Assembly: GCA_963665125.2 (NCBI GenBank)
Contig: CAXXUK010000001.1
Coordinates: 832,001-896,000 of the forward strand
Source: an uncultured Desulfarculus sp.
Lineage (GTDB): Bacteria; Desulfobacterota; Desulfarculia; Desulfarculales; Desulfarculaceae
Reading direction: 5' to 3'
DNA length: 64,000 nucleotides
The position numbers and the translations under genes are program-made. Within the stretch, counting starts at the first letter, position 1. Every line of letters begins with the position of its first letter. Shown in pieces: positions 46,695 through 56,480 of this stretch. A model generated the notes under the pieces. It was not told the origin of the DNA and searched no databases. It saw only the letters and a program-made list of their open reading frames with translations.

Positions 46695-49670
46695 TTATTG
46701 CTGAACCGGTATCTCAAGGGTTTCGCCGCCGTCGAGCTGGATCTGCACGACGAATGCTCCCTTGCCCGAGGCCAGGGCGTTGTTGTCCTGAATCAACAAA
46801 CCAAACTTGCGAGTGCTGTCGCCCAGCTTGATGATAACCGATCCGTCGGGGTTGTTGAGGGCCTTGCCCTTTTCCGTGATGACCACCAGCCAATGGCCGT
46901 TGCCGGGGACGGTGTCCCACTGGGCCTGTTGGCCCTGGGTGCTCTTGATGGTCATGGTTTCAATGGTGCGGCCCGGCGCCTTGAGCTTGAGGTCAAGCAC
47001 CGCCTCGGGAGAACCGTCGCCGCGCATTTCCTCGCCGCGGCCTGTCTTGTCATAGAAGCCGCGCAGGGTCTTGACCTTGCATGACGATTCGTACTGGGCG
47101 CCGGCCTGGACCGTGGCCGCCGGAGTTTGCTCGGGCGGGGTGGCCGGCTCGGTGGCGGTGGTTTCCGGGGTGGTGTTTACGCTCGGCGTCTGCGTGGCGG
47201 CGGGCAGGGGCAGGTTGCCCTGGGTCTCCGGGGCAGCCGTTTCCGGCGTGGCGTTCACGCCCGGCGTCTGCGTGGCGGCCGGAACCTTGCTCAGGTCAAA
47301 GGTGCCCGGTTCGGCGCTGACGTTGTTGAGTATTTCTTCGCACTGCTTGCGGGCCTGGCCCCAAGCGTCGCCGCCAAACACGGATATGGCGATCTGGGCA
47401 TAACCACCGGCGGCAAGCGGAGCCTGCACCGAGGCCAGCAGCCGGGCGGAGAAGGGCTCGCCTGGCTTGCGGGTCAATTCGTAGAGCTTCACCGGAAGGC
47501 CGTTTATAGTCTTGTCGCCCAGGTTGACGACGTCGAATATCCTTTCAGTGGTGGACAAGGTTTTTTCAAAGGGGATGTTGTCGCAAATAATGGTGAAATC
47601 CATTTTGCGCCCCGTGCCGCATTCATAGGCGCCATAGGAAACGGCCGCCGGTTGGATGGGTATTGTGAACCAACCCCAGGGCGTCTTGAACTTGAAGCCT
47701 TTCCACTCATGGGCCTGCCACAAGTCTTCGCCCGCCGGCAGGCTGATCCGGATGTTTTCAAAGAATGCGTCGACTTCCTTTTGCCGGGCCGCGAAATCCT
47801 TGCCCTGGGCGTAGAAGACCAGATACATGCCGTTGGGCAGTGGCTCGGCGGCAACAAGCATGCGGGCCGGAATATCCTTTCGCGACGAAATATTGCCGTC
47901 GAGTTGATGGAAGGCGATCCGATCCTTGCCCTGGCCGCCGCTGAGCGTGGTTTCAGATTTTGCCGAAACCTCGATGTGCTGGTCCTTGGCCGCGGCCTCG
48001 GGGTCCACGACCATTTCCGCGCCGAGGATCAGGCTGGAATTATATTTGCTGCCGACGACCCAGCGCAGGCTTTGGTCTTGTCCGCTTTTGGTTTTGCGTT
48101 GTTCCTCTTTTTGGGCGTCAGGCGGCGTCAGGATGTCAACGATGCCCAGGAAGCCGGATTTCTGCCAGGCGGAAACATCCACGGCCGGCTCCGTTTGCGG
48201 GGTTGTTGTCTGGGCCGTGGGCTCTGGTGTGGCAGTCAGGGGCAGGTTGCCCTGGGTCTCCGGCGGGGCGGAATCTGGCGTTGGATTGCCCGTAGCCGTT
48301 TGCACCGGCTCCGTGGGCTGGGGCGTGGAGGCCATGGGCAGGTTGCCCTGAGTCTCCGGCGCGGCTGTTTCCGGCGTGGCGTTGGCAGCCGTGGCCTCCG
48401 GCGGAGGTTCGGGCAACTGCGCGGGAACCGCGCCGGTTGCCTGGGCGGCGGGCGTCGCCGCCGCCACCGGAGCCGCGCTCATGTCAAAGCTGTCAGCCTG
48501 GGGCGTGACGCTTTGCATCATTTCCTCGATCAACTCGCGGGCATCGCCCCACTGGTCGCCGCCGCTCACCGAACCGCTGATCTGGATATATCCTCCGGAT
48601 TTCAGCGGAACCTGCACCGAGGCCAACAACGTGGCGGCAAAGGGCTGTCCCGGCCCGCTGGCCAGTTCGTAGAGCATCACGGGCATGCCGTTGATCGTAT
48701 TACCACCAAGTTCGGTGACATTATTCAACTTTTTAAGGTCTTCCAGTTCCTTCTCATAGGGTGTTTTCGACCATTGGACACCGAAAGTCATCTCCCTATC
48801 CGTACCGCGTTCATAACCCTTGTAGTCGTTGGCCCAGTTGTTGCTCTTGTAACGCACCCATCCCCAGGGCGTCTTGAATTTCAGTCCCCGCCACTGTTGC
48901 CATTGCCAGTAGTCATCGCCCTCCGGCATATGGATGCGGATGCTTTCGAAAAACACCGCTACGTCGTTTTGACGGGCCTGGAAATCCTTGCCGCAGACCC
49001 AGAACGCCAGATACATGCCGTTGGGCAGGGGGTCGGCGGTGACGATCAGGCGGGCCGGAAGGTCTTTGCCCCCGATGTTCATGGTGCCGTCGTACTGAAA
49101 ACAACAGATCCAGTTTTTACCCACCGGGCCGTTGAGCACGGCCTTGTCTTCCCGGGCCACCTTCATGGATTTGGCCTTGGCCTTGGGATCGCGGACCATT
49201 TCCGCGCCAAAGAAAAGCTTGTATTCGTAGTACTTGCCGACCACCCAAAGCAGATCGTTTTTGTGATCGGTGTACCGGCTGGCGTCCGGCGGGAACAAAA
49301 TGTCAACGATGTCGAGGAATTTGACGCGTTGCCAGTCTGAAATGTCATGGGTCGGTTCGGCTGGCTCCTTGGGCCCGTCCGGGTCCGGAGGCTGGGCCGT
49401 TTGGCCGGCGTTAGTTGCGGTTTTATCGCCGGATGCGGCTTTGTCCCACATTTTGCCCAGGGATCCCTTTTCCACCGGCGCGGTGTTTTGCGGGGTCGGC
49501 GTGGCCGTTACGGTGGCCGCGGTTTGAGCCTTGCCGCCCGAAGCGGCCTGGTTCCACAAGTCTCCGGCCACGCCTGCCTGGGCCTGGAATGACGCGCCGG
49601 AAATGATCGTGAACATGGCGGCGCAGATAATAGCCGCGGCAACTGAAAAAACAATACGCGCCGGTTTCAT
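46695..49670 (-). CDS. Large exported protein with a tandemly duplicated ~290-aa module, Pro/Thr linkers and the shared C-terminal domain
   Basis: Signal peptide (AQA); GGAGG RBS; visible internal duplication. Confidence 0.82.
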   Translation of the reverse strand: MKPARIVFSVAAAIICAAMFTIISGASFQAQAGVAGDLWNQAASGGKAQTAATVTATPTPQNTAPVEKGSLGKMWDKAASGDKTATNAGQTAQPPDPDGPKEPAEPTHDISDWQRVKFLDIVDILFPPDASRYTDHKNDLLWVVGKYYEYKLFFGAEMVRDPKAKAKSMKVAREDKAVLNGPVGKNWICCFQYDGTMNIGGKDLPARLIVTADPLPNGMYLAFWVCGKDFQARQNDVAVFFESIRIHMPEGDDYWQWQQWRGLKFKTPWGWVRYKSNNWANDYKGYERGTDREMTFGVQWSKTPYEKELEDLKKLNNVTELGGNTINGMPVMLYELASGPGQPFAATLLASVQVPLKSGGYIQISGSVSGGDQWGDARELIEEMMQSVTPQADSFDMSAAPVAAATPAAQATGAVPAQLPEPPPEATAANATPETAAPETQGNLPMASTPQPTEPVQTATGNPTPDSAPPETQGNLPLTATPEPTAQTTTPQTEPAVDVSAWQKSGFLGIVDILTPPDAQKEEQRKTKSGQDQSLRWVVGSKYNSSLILGAEMVVDPEAAAKDQHIEVSAKSETTLSGGQGKDRIAFHQLDGNISSRKDIPARMLVAAEPLPNGMYLVFYAQGKDFAARQKEVDAFFENIRISLPAGEDLWQAHEWKGFKFKTPWGWFTIPIQPAAVSYGAYECGTGRKMDFTIICDNIPFEKTLSTTERIFDVVNLGDKTINGLPVKLYELTRKPGEPFSARLLASVQAPLAAGGYAQIAISVFGGDAWGQARKQCEEILNNVSAEPGTFDLSKVPAATQTPGVNATPETAAPETQGNLPLPAATQTPSVNTTPETTATEPATPPEQTPAATVQAGAQYESSCKVKTLRGFYDKTGRGEEMRGDGSPEAVLDLKLKAPGRTIETMTIKSTQGQQAQWDTVPGNGHWLVVITEKGKALNNPDGSVIIKLGDSTRKFGLLIQDNNALASGKGAFVVQIQLDGGETLEIPVQQ
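47289..49346 (-). repeat. Intragenic tandem duplication (~48478-49346 and ~47289-48179)
   Basis: DISDWQRVKFLDIVDILFPPDA vs DVSAWQKSGFLGIVDILTPPDA; PLPNGMYL, KFKTPWGW and LLASVQ occur in both copies. Confidence 0.85.
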
Positions 49671-49971
49671 GCAAACCTCCCCTATATCCAGAATTGCTTT
49701 CGTTTCTTAATTTGACGAAACCATTCCGGATGATCTTTCAAGTAGATTATTTTTAGAGGATAGGACGGGCAGGGGAAAAGATAAACCAATTTTTAATGCG
49801 CCGGTGACGTAAGGATCAATAATCTCAATTCGTCTGTAATATTGGTTTACAAGAGTGCACTGTTTGCTATGATGAAACGGCTTACCTAACGGCTTTGCCG
49901 GTACGGGCTCCACTGGCTTGTCGCCCCTGGCGGGGCGGTGGAGTAGCCGTGTCCGGGGGAGGTTTCTTGAA

Positions 49972-52161
49972 ATGAAGCGTTTGCTTGTAGTTCTAACTGC
50001 ATTGCTATTAATCATTCCGGCGGTGTGCGTGGCCCAGGCGGACGACGCCCGCAGGCCGGTCAAGATAGACGGTAAACAACATCTGCCTTTGCGCGTGTTG
50101 GCCAGGCCGTTTTCACACGTCTACAAGAGCCAGGACGTCCAGAGCGGTACGGTGAAGGAAAACGTTCCTGCGTTCCAGCCTTTTTATGTCTACACCAGAC
50201 CCTCCGATCAGGAGCGGGCCAACCATCAGGGCTGGTACGAAGTCGGCTCCGACGCCCGGGGCACCATCTTGGGCTGGATGCAGGCCAAAGACGTATTCGA
50301 ATGGAAGCAGGCCATGTGTTTGGCCTACACCCACCCCCAGGGCCGGCACCCGGTGTTGATGTTCGCCCAGGAGCAGCCCTTGGCCAAACTGGTTGCCGAT
50401 CCCGCCAGCCAGCGCACCGCCGAAGCCGACAAGCTCTACAAAGATATCAAGGACAAGAACATCCCCCCGGATTTCCCGGTCAAGTCCGTTGAGCCGGAAA
50501 AGGCCGTTGATATCGCCAAGCAATTTTATCTGCTGCCCATTCTCGACTACAAGGTCATAAAGATCGACGGCAGGGAGGGCCGCATCGTCAAGCTGGCCGC
50601 CGTTACCGGGTCCGGGCCGGATGCCCGCCAAACCAGCGATATCCGTGAAAACAAACAATACGTGGACAAGGCCACCGAGGGCTCCACCCAGGTTTCGGCC
50701 GAAACGCTCAAGAATATCAATGTTGACGTTGTGTTCGTCATGGACACGACGGTAAGCATGCGGCCCAACATCGACTCCACGCTCAATGTTATCAAGCAGG
50801 TTGCCGCCAATGTGGCGGGCGAGCCCGACGTGGCCTCCAGCATCAAGTTCGGTTTCTGGGGCTACCGCGACTCGTCCAAGGACATCCCCGGCATCGGCTA
50901 CACGACCAAGAACTACACTCCGCAGTTGCAATCGGCCCAGGACTTCCAACAGACCATGGCCGGGGTCAATGTGACCGAAATCGACTCGGTTGACTACGCC
51001 GAAGACGTGTTCAGCGGTGTTGACGAAGCCATGCGCAAGACATCCTGGACCCCCGAGGCCATCAAGCTGCTGGTCCTGGTGGGTGACGCGCCGGGCCACG
51101 ACCTGGGCCATAAGTGGAACCTTTCGGGGCAGGACGAAAATACCCTCAGAGCCATCGCTGACGACGAGTCACTTTACATCCTGGCCCTGCACATCAAAAA
51201 CCCCAGGGCCACCAAGTACAACCCCAGGGCAGAGGAGCAATACAAGGTATTGTCCACCAACCCCGGCAGCGGCAACGCCTCGTATTCCACGGTTCCCAGC
51301 AAGGACCTGGCCGCCTATCAGGCCGCTACCGACGCCATCACCGGCGCGGTGCTGAACTTCCTGCGTTCGGCCAAAAAGGGCCAAGTGACTCCGGCCGTGG
51401 AGCCTGCCGGACCGGCCATGCCTCCCACGGCGCCCAAGCCCACCCAGGGCGGCGGCGAACTGGCCGGGCTTGATCCCGAGCCCACGCCGGAAACGGCCCA
51501 GCCCACCCCCACCGCGCCCGCGCCCGCGCCCTCGCCTGCGGCAACGCAGTCCGAACTGTCCGAGGTGGAACCCCAGCCCGGCGTGACCACCGCCGACCAG
51601 GCCACGAACATGACCAACCTGGCCCTCAGGGCCGCATTGGTGCAGTGGATCGGCCGCCAGACAGGAGCCCAGGCCCCCAGGGATATTGAAGCCTGGGCCG
51701 TGGACAAGGACCTCATCGAACCGGCCATTACCTCCATGGAGGTTAGGCTGTTGATCAATAAGCGCCAGCTTAGTTCCCTCAAGGACGTGCTTACCGAGGT
51801 GTTGGGCGCCGGCCGCCTGGGCCAGATCGGCGGCGAGGACTTCTTCACCGCCTTGCAGGCCACGGCAGCCACGGCCGCCCGTGACCCCAACCAGATCAAG
51901 AACGCCCGTACCATGGCCGACACCGGTTTGGTTCCCGAGTTCCTGGTTGGGCTGCCGTATGAAAGCAGGCTCATGTCCATGACCAATGAATATTGGCAGA
52001 ACATGGGGCCGGACGCCCAGGACGAGTTCCTCAACGAGCTTGAGGCGCGGATCGCCGCCTACCAGGCCATCCACGAGAGCCCGGACGGCTGGATCGCCCT
52101 TAACCAGGGAGACGACGCTGGGGACATGGTCTACCCCATAAGCCTCGAACTGCTGCCATAG
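49972..52161 (+). CDS. Exported vWA-domain protein resembling the periplasmic part of T6SS kinase PpkA, without a kinase domain
   Basis: Signal peptide from ATG 49972 (GGAGG RBS); MIDAS-like VVFVMDTTVSM, GYRD, LVGDAPGH; no kinase motifs; C-terminus VYPISLELLP. Confidence 0.8.
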   Translation: MKRLLVVLTALLLIIPAVCVAQADDARRPVKIDGKQHLPLRVLARPFSHVYKSQDVQSGTVKENVPAFQPFYVYTRPSDQERANHQGWYEVGSDARGTILGWMQAKDVFEWKQAMCLAYTHPQGRHPVLMFAQEQPLAKLVADPASQRTAEADKLYKDIKDKNIPPDFPVKSVEPEKAVDIAKQFYLLPILDYKVIKIDGREGRIVKLAAVTGSGPDARQTSDIRENKQYVDKATEGSTQVSAETLKNINVDVVFVMDTTVSMRPNIDSTLNVIKQVAANVAGEPDVASSIKFGFWGYRDSSKDIPGIGYTTKNYTPQLQSAQDFQQTMAGVNVTEIDSVDYAEDVFSGVDEAMRKTSWTPEAIKLLVLVGDAPGHDLGHKWNLSGQDENTLRAIADDESLYILALHIKNPRATKYNPRAEEQYKVLSTNPGSGNASYSTVPSKDLAAYQAATDAITGAVLNFLRSAKKGQVTPAVEPAGPAMPPTAPKPTQGGGELAGLDPEPTPETAQPTPTAPAPAPSPAATQSELSEVEPQPGVTTADQATNMTNLALRAALVQWIGRQTGAQAPRDIEAWAVDKDLIEPAITSMEVRLLINKRQLSSLKDVLTEVLGAGRLGQIGGEDFFTALQATAATAARDPNQIKNARTMADTGLVPEFLVGLPYESRLMSMTNEYWQNMGPDAQDEFLNELEARIAAYQAIHESPDGWIALNQGDDAGDMVYPISLELLP

Positions 52162-52172
52162 GGCGCAAGTCC

Positions 52173-52937
52173 ATGGCTGACGGATCGACAGTAGGCCGCA
52201 TCGAGCTTGCCATAAGCCTGTCCGACGTTGTCAAACGCCGGGAAAAGGGCGGTGTGGCCTTTGAGCTGCACGTGCCCGCCATGCGGGTTCACCGGGGCCA
52301 GTTCGTGGCCCTGGTGGGCGCCAGCGGCTGCGGCAAATCGACGCTGTTGGACATGCTCGGCCTGGTGCTACGGCCCACTTCGGCGGCGGAATTCCGGGTC
52401 TGGGCCCAGCGCGGCGCCGAGCCCGGCTGGCGGGACGTAACCGCCCTCAGCGAGCGGGGCCTGGCCTTGTTGCGCAAGGCCAATATCGGCTATGTCCTGC
52501 AAACCGGCGGCCTGCTGCCGTTCTTGAGCGTTCGGGACAACATCACCCTGACCCGCAGGCTCAATGGCCTGCCCAAGGATCACCAGGGCGTGGAAAAGCT
52601 GGCCCGGCGGTTGGGCATCGCCGAACAGCTGGCCAAGAAACCGGCCCACCTGTCAGGCGGCCAACGCCAAAGGGCGGCCATTGCCAGGGCCCTGGCCCAT
52701 CAGCCGTTTATCATCCTGGCCGACGAGCCCACCGCGGCGGTTGACCGCGAAACCGCCCTGGAGATCAGGGACCAGTTCCGGGAGATGGCCCAAAAAATGG
52801 GCGCCACGGTGCTTATGGTCACCCACGACCAGGAATTGGTGCGGCCCATTGCCAACCGCGTGTTCACCTTCGAGGTCCAGCGGCCATCGGCGGAGCTGAC
52901 CGTCTCGCGACTGGTGGAGGACCTCGATGGCCGCTGA
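52173..52937 (+). CDS. tagT: ABC transporter ATP-binding protein (TagT/LolD-like)
   Basis: GASGCGKST, GYVLQTGGLLPFL, LSGGQRQR, ADEPTA, VTHD. Confidence 0.8.
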   Translation: MADGSTVGRIELAISLSDVVKRREKGGVAFELHVPAMRVHRGQFVALVGASGCGKSTLLDMLGLVLRPTSAAEFRVWAQRGAEPGWRDVTALSERGLALLRKANIGYVLQTGGLLPFLSVRDNITLTRRLNGLPKDHQGVEKLARRLGIAEQLAKKPAHLSGGQRQRAAIARALAHQPFIILADEPTAAVDRETALEIRDQFREMAQKMGATVLMVTHDQELVRPIANRVFTFEVQRPSAELTVSRLVEDLDGR

Positions 52938-54789
52938 GCACACCAAGCGAATGCCAGCGGGCATGGTGTTGCGTCTGGCCCGGGCGGACCTGATGCATGA
53001 ATGGGTGCTGAGCATGTGCCTGGTGCTGGCCGTGGCGGCCATTTTGTCGCCGCTGCTGCTGCTGTTCGGGCTGAAGTTCGGCACCATCGAGACCCTGCGC
53101 CACCGGCTTATCGAAGACCCCCGCAACCGCGAAATACGGCCCATGACCAGCCAATCCTACAGCCTGGAGTGGCTGGAAAAGATGGCCGCCCGGGCCGATG
53201 TGGCCTTTGTGATCCCCAACACCCGCACCCTGTCGGCCAACGTGGACGCGGCCAAGCCCGGCGGCAAGTCCGTGACCCTGGACGTGGTGCCCACCGCTCC
53301 GGGCGATCCCTTGATCGCCGAAAACGGCGCGCCCGTGCCCGGCAAGGGCCAGTGCGTGCTCAGCCAGTTGGCGGCCGAGGCCATGGGCGCGGCGACCGGC
53401 GACAAGATCACCATCACGGCCAAGCGCCTTCGCGGCTCAAACTATGAAAACGCCCAGGTGGAACTAAGCGTTGTCGGTGTGCTGGACGCCAGGGCCACGG
53501 CGCTCAAATCGGTGTACATGCCCCTGGACATGCTGGAGGCCGTTGAAAATTACAAGGACGGCCAGGCCGTGCCCGAGTTGGGTTGGCCGGGCGAACAGCC
53601 TTTGGCCTATCCGCTGTTCGACGGGGCCGTGGTTGTCATGCCCGAGGCCCTGGGCAGGCTCGACGAGTTCAAACTGATCAGCGGTACGGGCCTGAGCAAG
53701 ATAGAGCGCATCAACGCGGCCCAGCTACGGGAAACGGCGGGATACGCCCTGCCTCCGGACATGGCCGTTTATCTGGTGTCCACCCTGCGCAGTCCGGTGA
53801 ACCTGCAGAGCCTGGAGGCTGTCAAACACCGCCTACGGGGCCGCAATGCCGTGATCCTTCCCTGGATCAAGCCCATCGAGGTCAGGCTGCTGGACAAGGA
53901 CGGCAAGCCTCTGGCCACCCTGAACCTCAGGGCCCTGGGCCGGGCCGCAACCTTGGACAGCGAAGAGGTCCGGATCGACCCGCCGCCGCCCTGGCAGCCC
54001 GTGGCCGAGGCCGAACCCGTGCCGCGGCTGCTGATGGCCCCTGCCGATCTGCCGGAGGGCCAAGGGCCTTACAGTCTGCTTTACCAGAACGGCAAACACG
54101 AACTACGCTTTCCCGTTGAACTGGCTCCGGCCAGGGCCCCGTCCGGGCTGGCCTTCGCACCGCCCCGGCTGGCCGGCGTATTGCGCCTGGCCACCACCCG
54201 CAATATCCTTTTCGAGGCCGATGCGGGCGGCTTTGTTTTGGCCCGGCGGGGCTATGCCTCGTTCAGGCTGTATGCCTCCACCATCGACGACGTGGCCGGG
54301 CTCAGACAATACTTCAACGAGCAGGGGATAAACGTCAATACCGAGGCCCAGCGTATCCGTGACGTGACCCAACTGGACAAGTATCTGAGTCTTATCTTCT
54401 GGCTCATCGCCGTTGTGGGGCTCATCGGCGGGGCGGCGGCCCTGACGGCCAGCCTCTACGCCTCGGTGGAGCGCAAGCAAAAGGAACTCAGCGTGCTGCG
54501 GCTGCTGGGCCTGCCCATGGGCGCGTTGTTGCGCTTCCCATTGTACCAGGGCCTGTTCATAGCCGGCGGCGGCCTGCTCATCGCCCTGGGCGTGTTCCAC
54601 GGCCTGGCATACACAATCAATACATTGTTCAAGGCCCATTTGGCCGCCTCCGAGAGCCTGTGCCGCCTGCCCTGGGATCACGCGGCCATGGCCTGCGGCG
54701 GCGTTTTGGCCCTGGCCGTATTGGCCAGCGTGGCTGCTGCCTTGCGCACAACCCGTATCGATCCCGCGGAGGCTCTGCGTGATGAATAA
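52927..54789 (+). CDS. tagS: ABC transporter permease, FtsX/LolC type (TagS-like), with an enlarged periplasmic domain
   Basis: PLLLLFGLKFG..LIEDPRNREI, YASFRLYA, SVERKQKELSVLRLLG, IDPAEALRDE. Confidence 0.78.
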   Translation: MAAEHTKRMPAGMVLRLARADLMHEWVLSMCLVLAVAAILSPLLLLFGLKFGTIETLRHRLIEDPRNREIRPMTSQSYSLEWLEKMAARADVAFVIPNTRTLSANVDAAKPGGKSVTLDVVPTAPGDPLIAENGAPVPGKGQCVLSQLAAEAMGAATGDKITITAKRLRGSNYENAQVELSVVGVLDARATALKSVYMPLDMLEAVENYKDGQAVPELGWPGEQPLAYPLFDGAVVVMPEALGRLDEFKLISGTGLSKIERINAAQLRETAGYALPPDMAVYLVSTLRSPVNLQSLEAVKHRLRGRNAVILPWIKPIEVRLLDKDGKPLATLNLRALGRAATLDSEEVRIDPPPPWQPVAEAEPVPRLLMAPADLPEGQGPYSLLYQNGKHELRFPVELAPARAPSGLAFAPPRLAGVLRLATTRNILFEADAGGFVLARRGYASFRLYASTIDDVAGLRQYFNEQGINVNTEAQRIRDVTQLDKYLSLIFWLIAVVGLIGGAAALTASLYASVERKQKELSVLRLLGLPMGALLRFPLYQGLFIAGGGLLIALGVFHGLAYTINTLFKAHLAASESLCRLPWDHAAMACGGVLALAVLASVAAALRTTRIDPAEALRDE

Positions 54790-56380
54790 ATACCTTGCCT
54801 CGATCATTACCGTTTTGCTGGCTCTGTGCCTGGCCGCGCCGGTGCTGGCCGCCGATCCGTCCAATCCCAAACCGGCCCAGGGCGACTTGAGCCTGCCCCT
54901 GCCGGGCGGTGGGGCAATGGCTTTCCGGCCGGTGTACATCGGCGAAGGTGGCGGGCCGTTCGCCCAGCGCAAGTTCATGGCTGGCGACCCGTTTGGCGGT
55001 TTCAAGGAGCACCCCACGTCCATGACCGTTGGCGGGGCTTTCCAAGGCAAGAGCGGCGCGGACGGAGACTGGCTCTATTACATGGGTAAATACGAGGTTA
55101 CCGAAGGCCAGTATTATGCGGTCATGGGCCTGCCCCAGGGCGCTTCGCAGGATCTCTTGAAGAGCAACAAGCCCATCACCGGGGTTAGTTGGTTCGACGC
55201 CAGCCAGTTCGTGGATAAATACAACCTGTGGCTGTTTGCCAACGCCCAGGACAAGCTGCCCCAAAACAATGGCGTGCCGGGGTTTGTGCGCCTGCCCAGC
55301 GAGGCTGAGTGGGAATTCGCGGCCAGGGGCGGCGCGGCGGTATCGGCCGACGACTTTGACCTGCGCCAACCCTACAAGATCGATCTTGTACGTTGCGAGT
55401 GGTTTTCCGGCCCTACGAGCTCCCACAATAAGCTCCAGGAGATAGGCCTCTTGGAGCCCAACCCCCTGGGCCTGCACGACATGCTGGGCAATGTCTCGGA
55501 AATGACCCATTCGCTGTATCACGTGGAGTATTACCAGGGCCGTAGCGGCGGCTTTGCGGCCAGGGGCGGCAATTTCTATACGTCCCAAGACAAACTGCGC
55601 TCGTCCATGCGCTCGGAGGAGCCGTTCTACATCGGCAACGCCAAGAGCGGCCTCAAGCCCAACGCCAAATCCACCCTGGGCCTGCGTCTGATGATCAGCT
55701 CGGTGGTGTTTTCCAACCTCAAGGTTGTGCGAGAGATGTCTGACGAGTGGGACATCTATCGCAAGGGCAAGGGCGCGGATCTGCCCGCGGCGGTTTCCGT
55801 GGGCCCGGCCAGCAAAAAGACCGGCCTCACCGAAAGCCAGGCCATGACGCATTTGCAGCGCCTCAAGGAGGAACTGGGCCCGGACAAGCTCAGCGAGACG
55901 GCCAAGCAGGAGATCGGCCGCCTGGAAGCCGCCTTGAGCGACATCCGCTTCATCCGCCGCCAGGCAGAAGAGGATTCGGCCTTTGCCTGGGCCAAGATAT
56001 CCGGCGAGAGGGGCTACTTTTTATACAATCAACTGAAAAAATTGCCCACCGTGGAGAGTCTTAAAAACATAGCTGAAAAGGCCGGGCGCACAACCATGGT
56101 TGGCAAATACGAGACCCTGATCGAGGAAATGAACGCCAATGTGAAGGACGCCCTGGCCACGTTGTCGGACTCATACCGCCAGTTGGACAATATCAGCCCC
56201 GATGCGGTTACGGCAGGCTTTGACAAATACACCAAATTTTTGGTAGAGCATCAGGCATCCAGGCAACTTAGAGTGCTCAAGCTGGTGCGGGAGCAATATA
56301 CGGCGTTCAACAAGGAAAAGCGCGCCGATCAGCAACAATGGACCGAACAGTTCAAGGAACTGAGCCAGACCATAAAATAG
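54782..56380 (+). CDS. tagR: FGE-sulfatase (SUMF1) domain exported protein (TagR-like)
   Basis: Signal peptide; GKYEVT, RLPSEAEWEFAARGG, PNPLGLHDMLGNVSEM, GLRL; helical C-terminus. Confidence 0.8.
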   Translation: MNKYLASIITVLLALCLAAPVLAADPSNPKPAQGDLSLPLPGGGAMAFRPVYIGEGGGPFAQRKFMAGDPFGGFKEHPTSMTVGGAFQGKSGADGDWLYYMGKYEVTEGQYYAVMGLPQGASQDLLKSNKPITGVSWFDASQFVDKYNLWLFANAQDKLPQNNGVPGFVRLPSEAEWEFAARGGAAVSADDFDLRQPYKIDLVRCEWFSGPTSSHNKLQEIGLLEPNPLGLHDMLGNVSEMTHSLYHVEYYQGRSGGFAARGGNFYTSQDKLRSSMRSEEPFYIGNAKSGLKPNAKSTLGLRLMISSVVFSNLKVVREMSDEWDIYRKGKGADLPAAVSVGPASKKTGLTESQAMTHLQRLKEELGPDKLSETAKQEIGRLEAALSDIRFIRRQAEEDSAFAWAKISGERGYFLYNQLKKLPTVESLKNIAEKAGRTTMVGKYETLIEEMNANVKDALATLSDSYRQLDNISPDAVTAGFDKYTKFLVEHQASRQLRVLKLVREQYTAFNKEKRADQQQWTEQFKELSQTIK

Positions 56381-56480
56381 GACGGATTCTATTTACCTGT
56401 TTGGTACGATGGTTTTAAAATGTAAATATACGGCCGGGCTGCAACCGGTTGTTACAGCATATGAATCGGGGAGAATAAAA

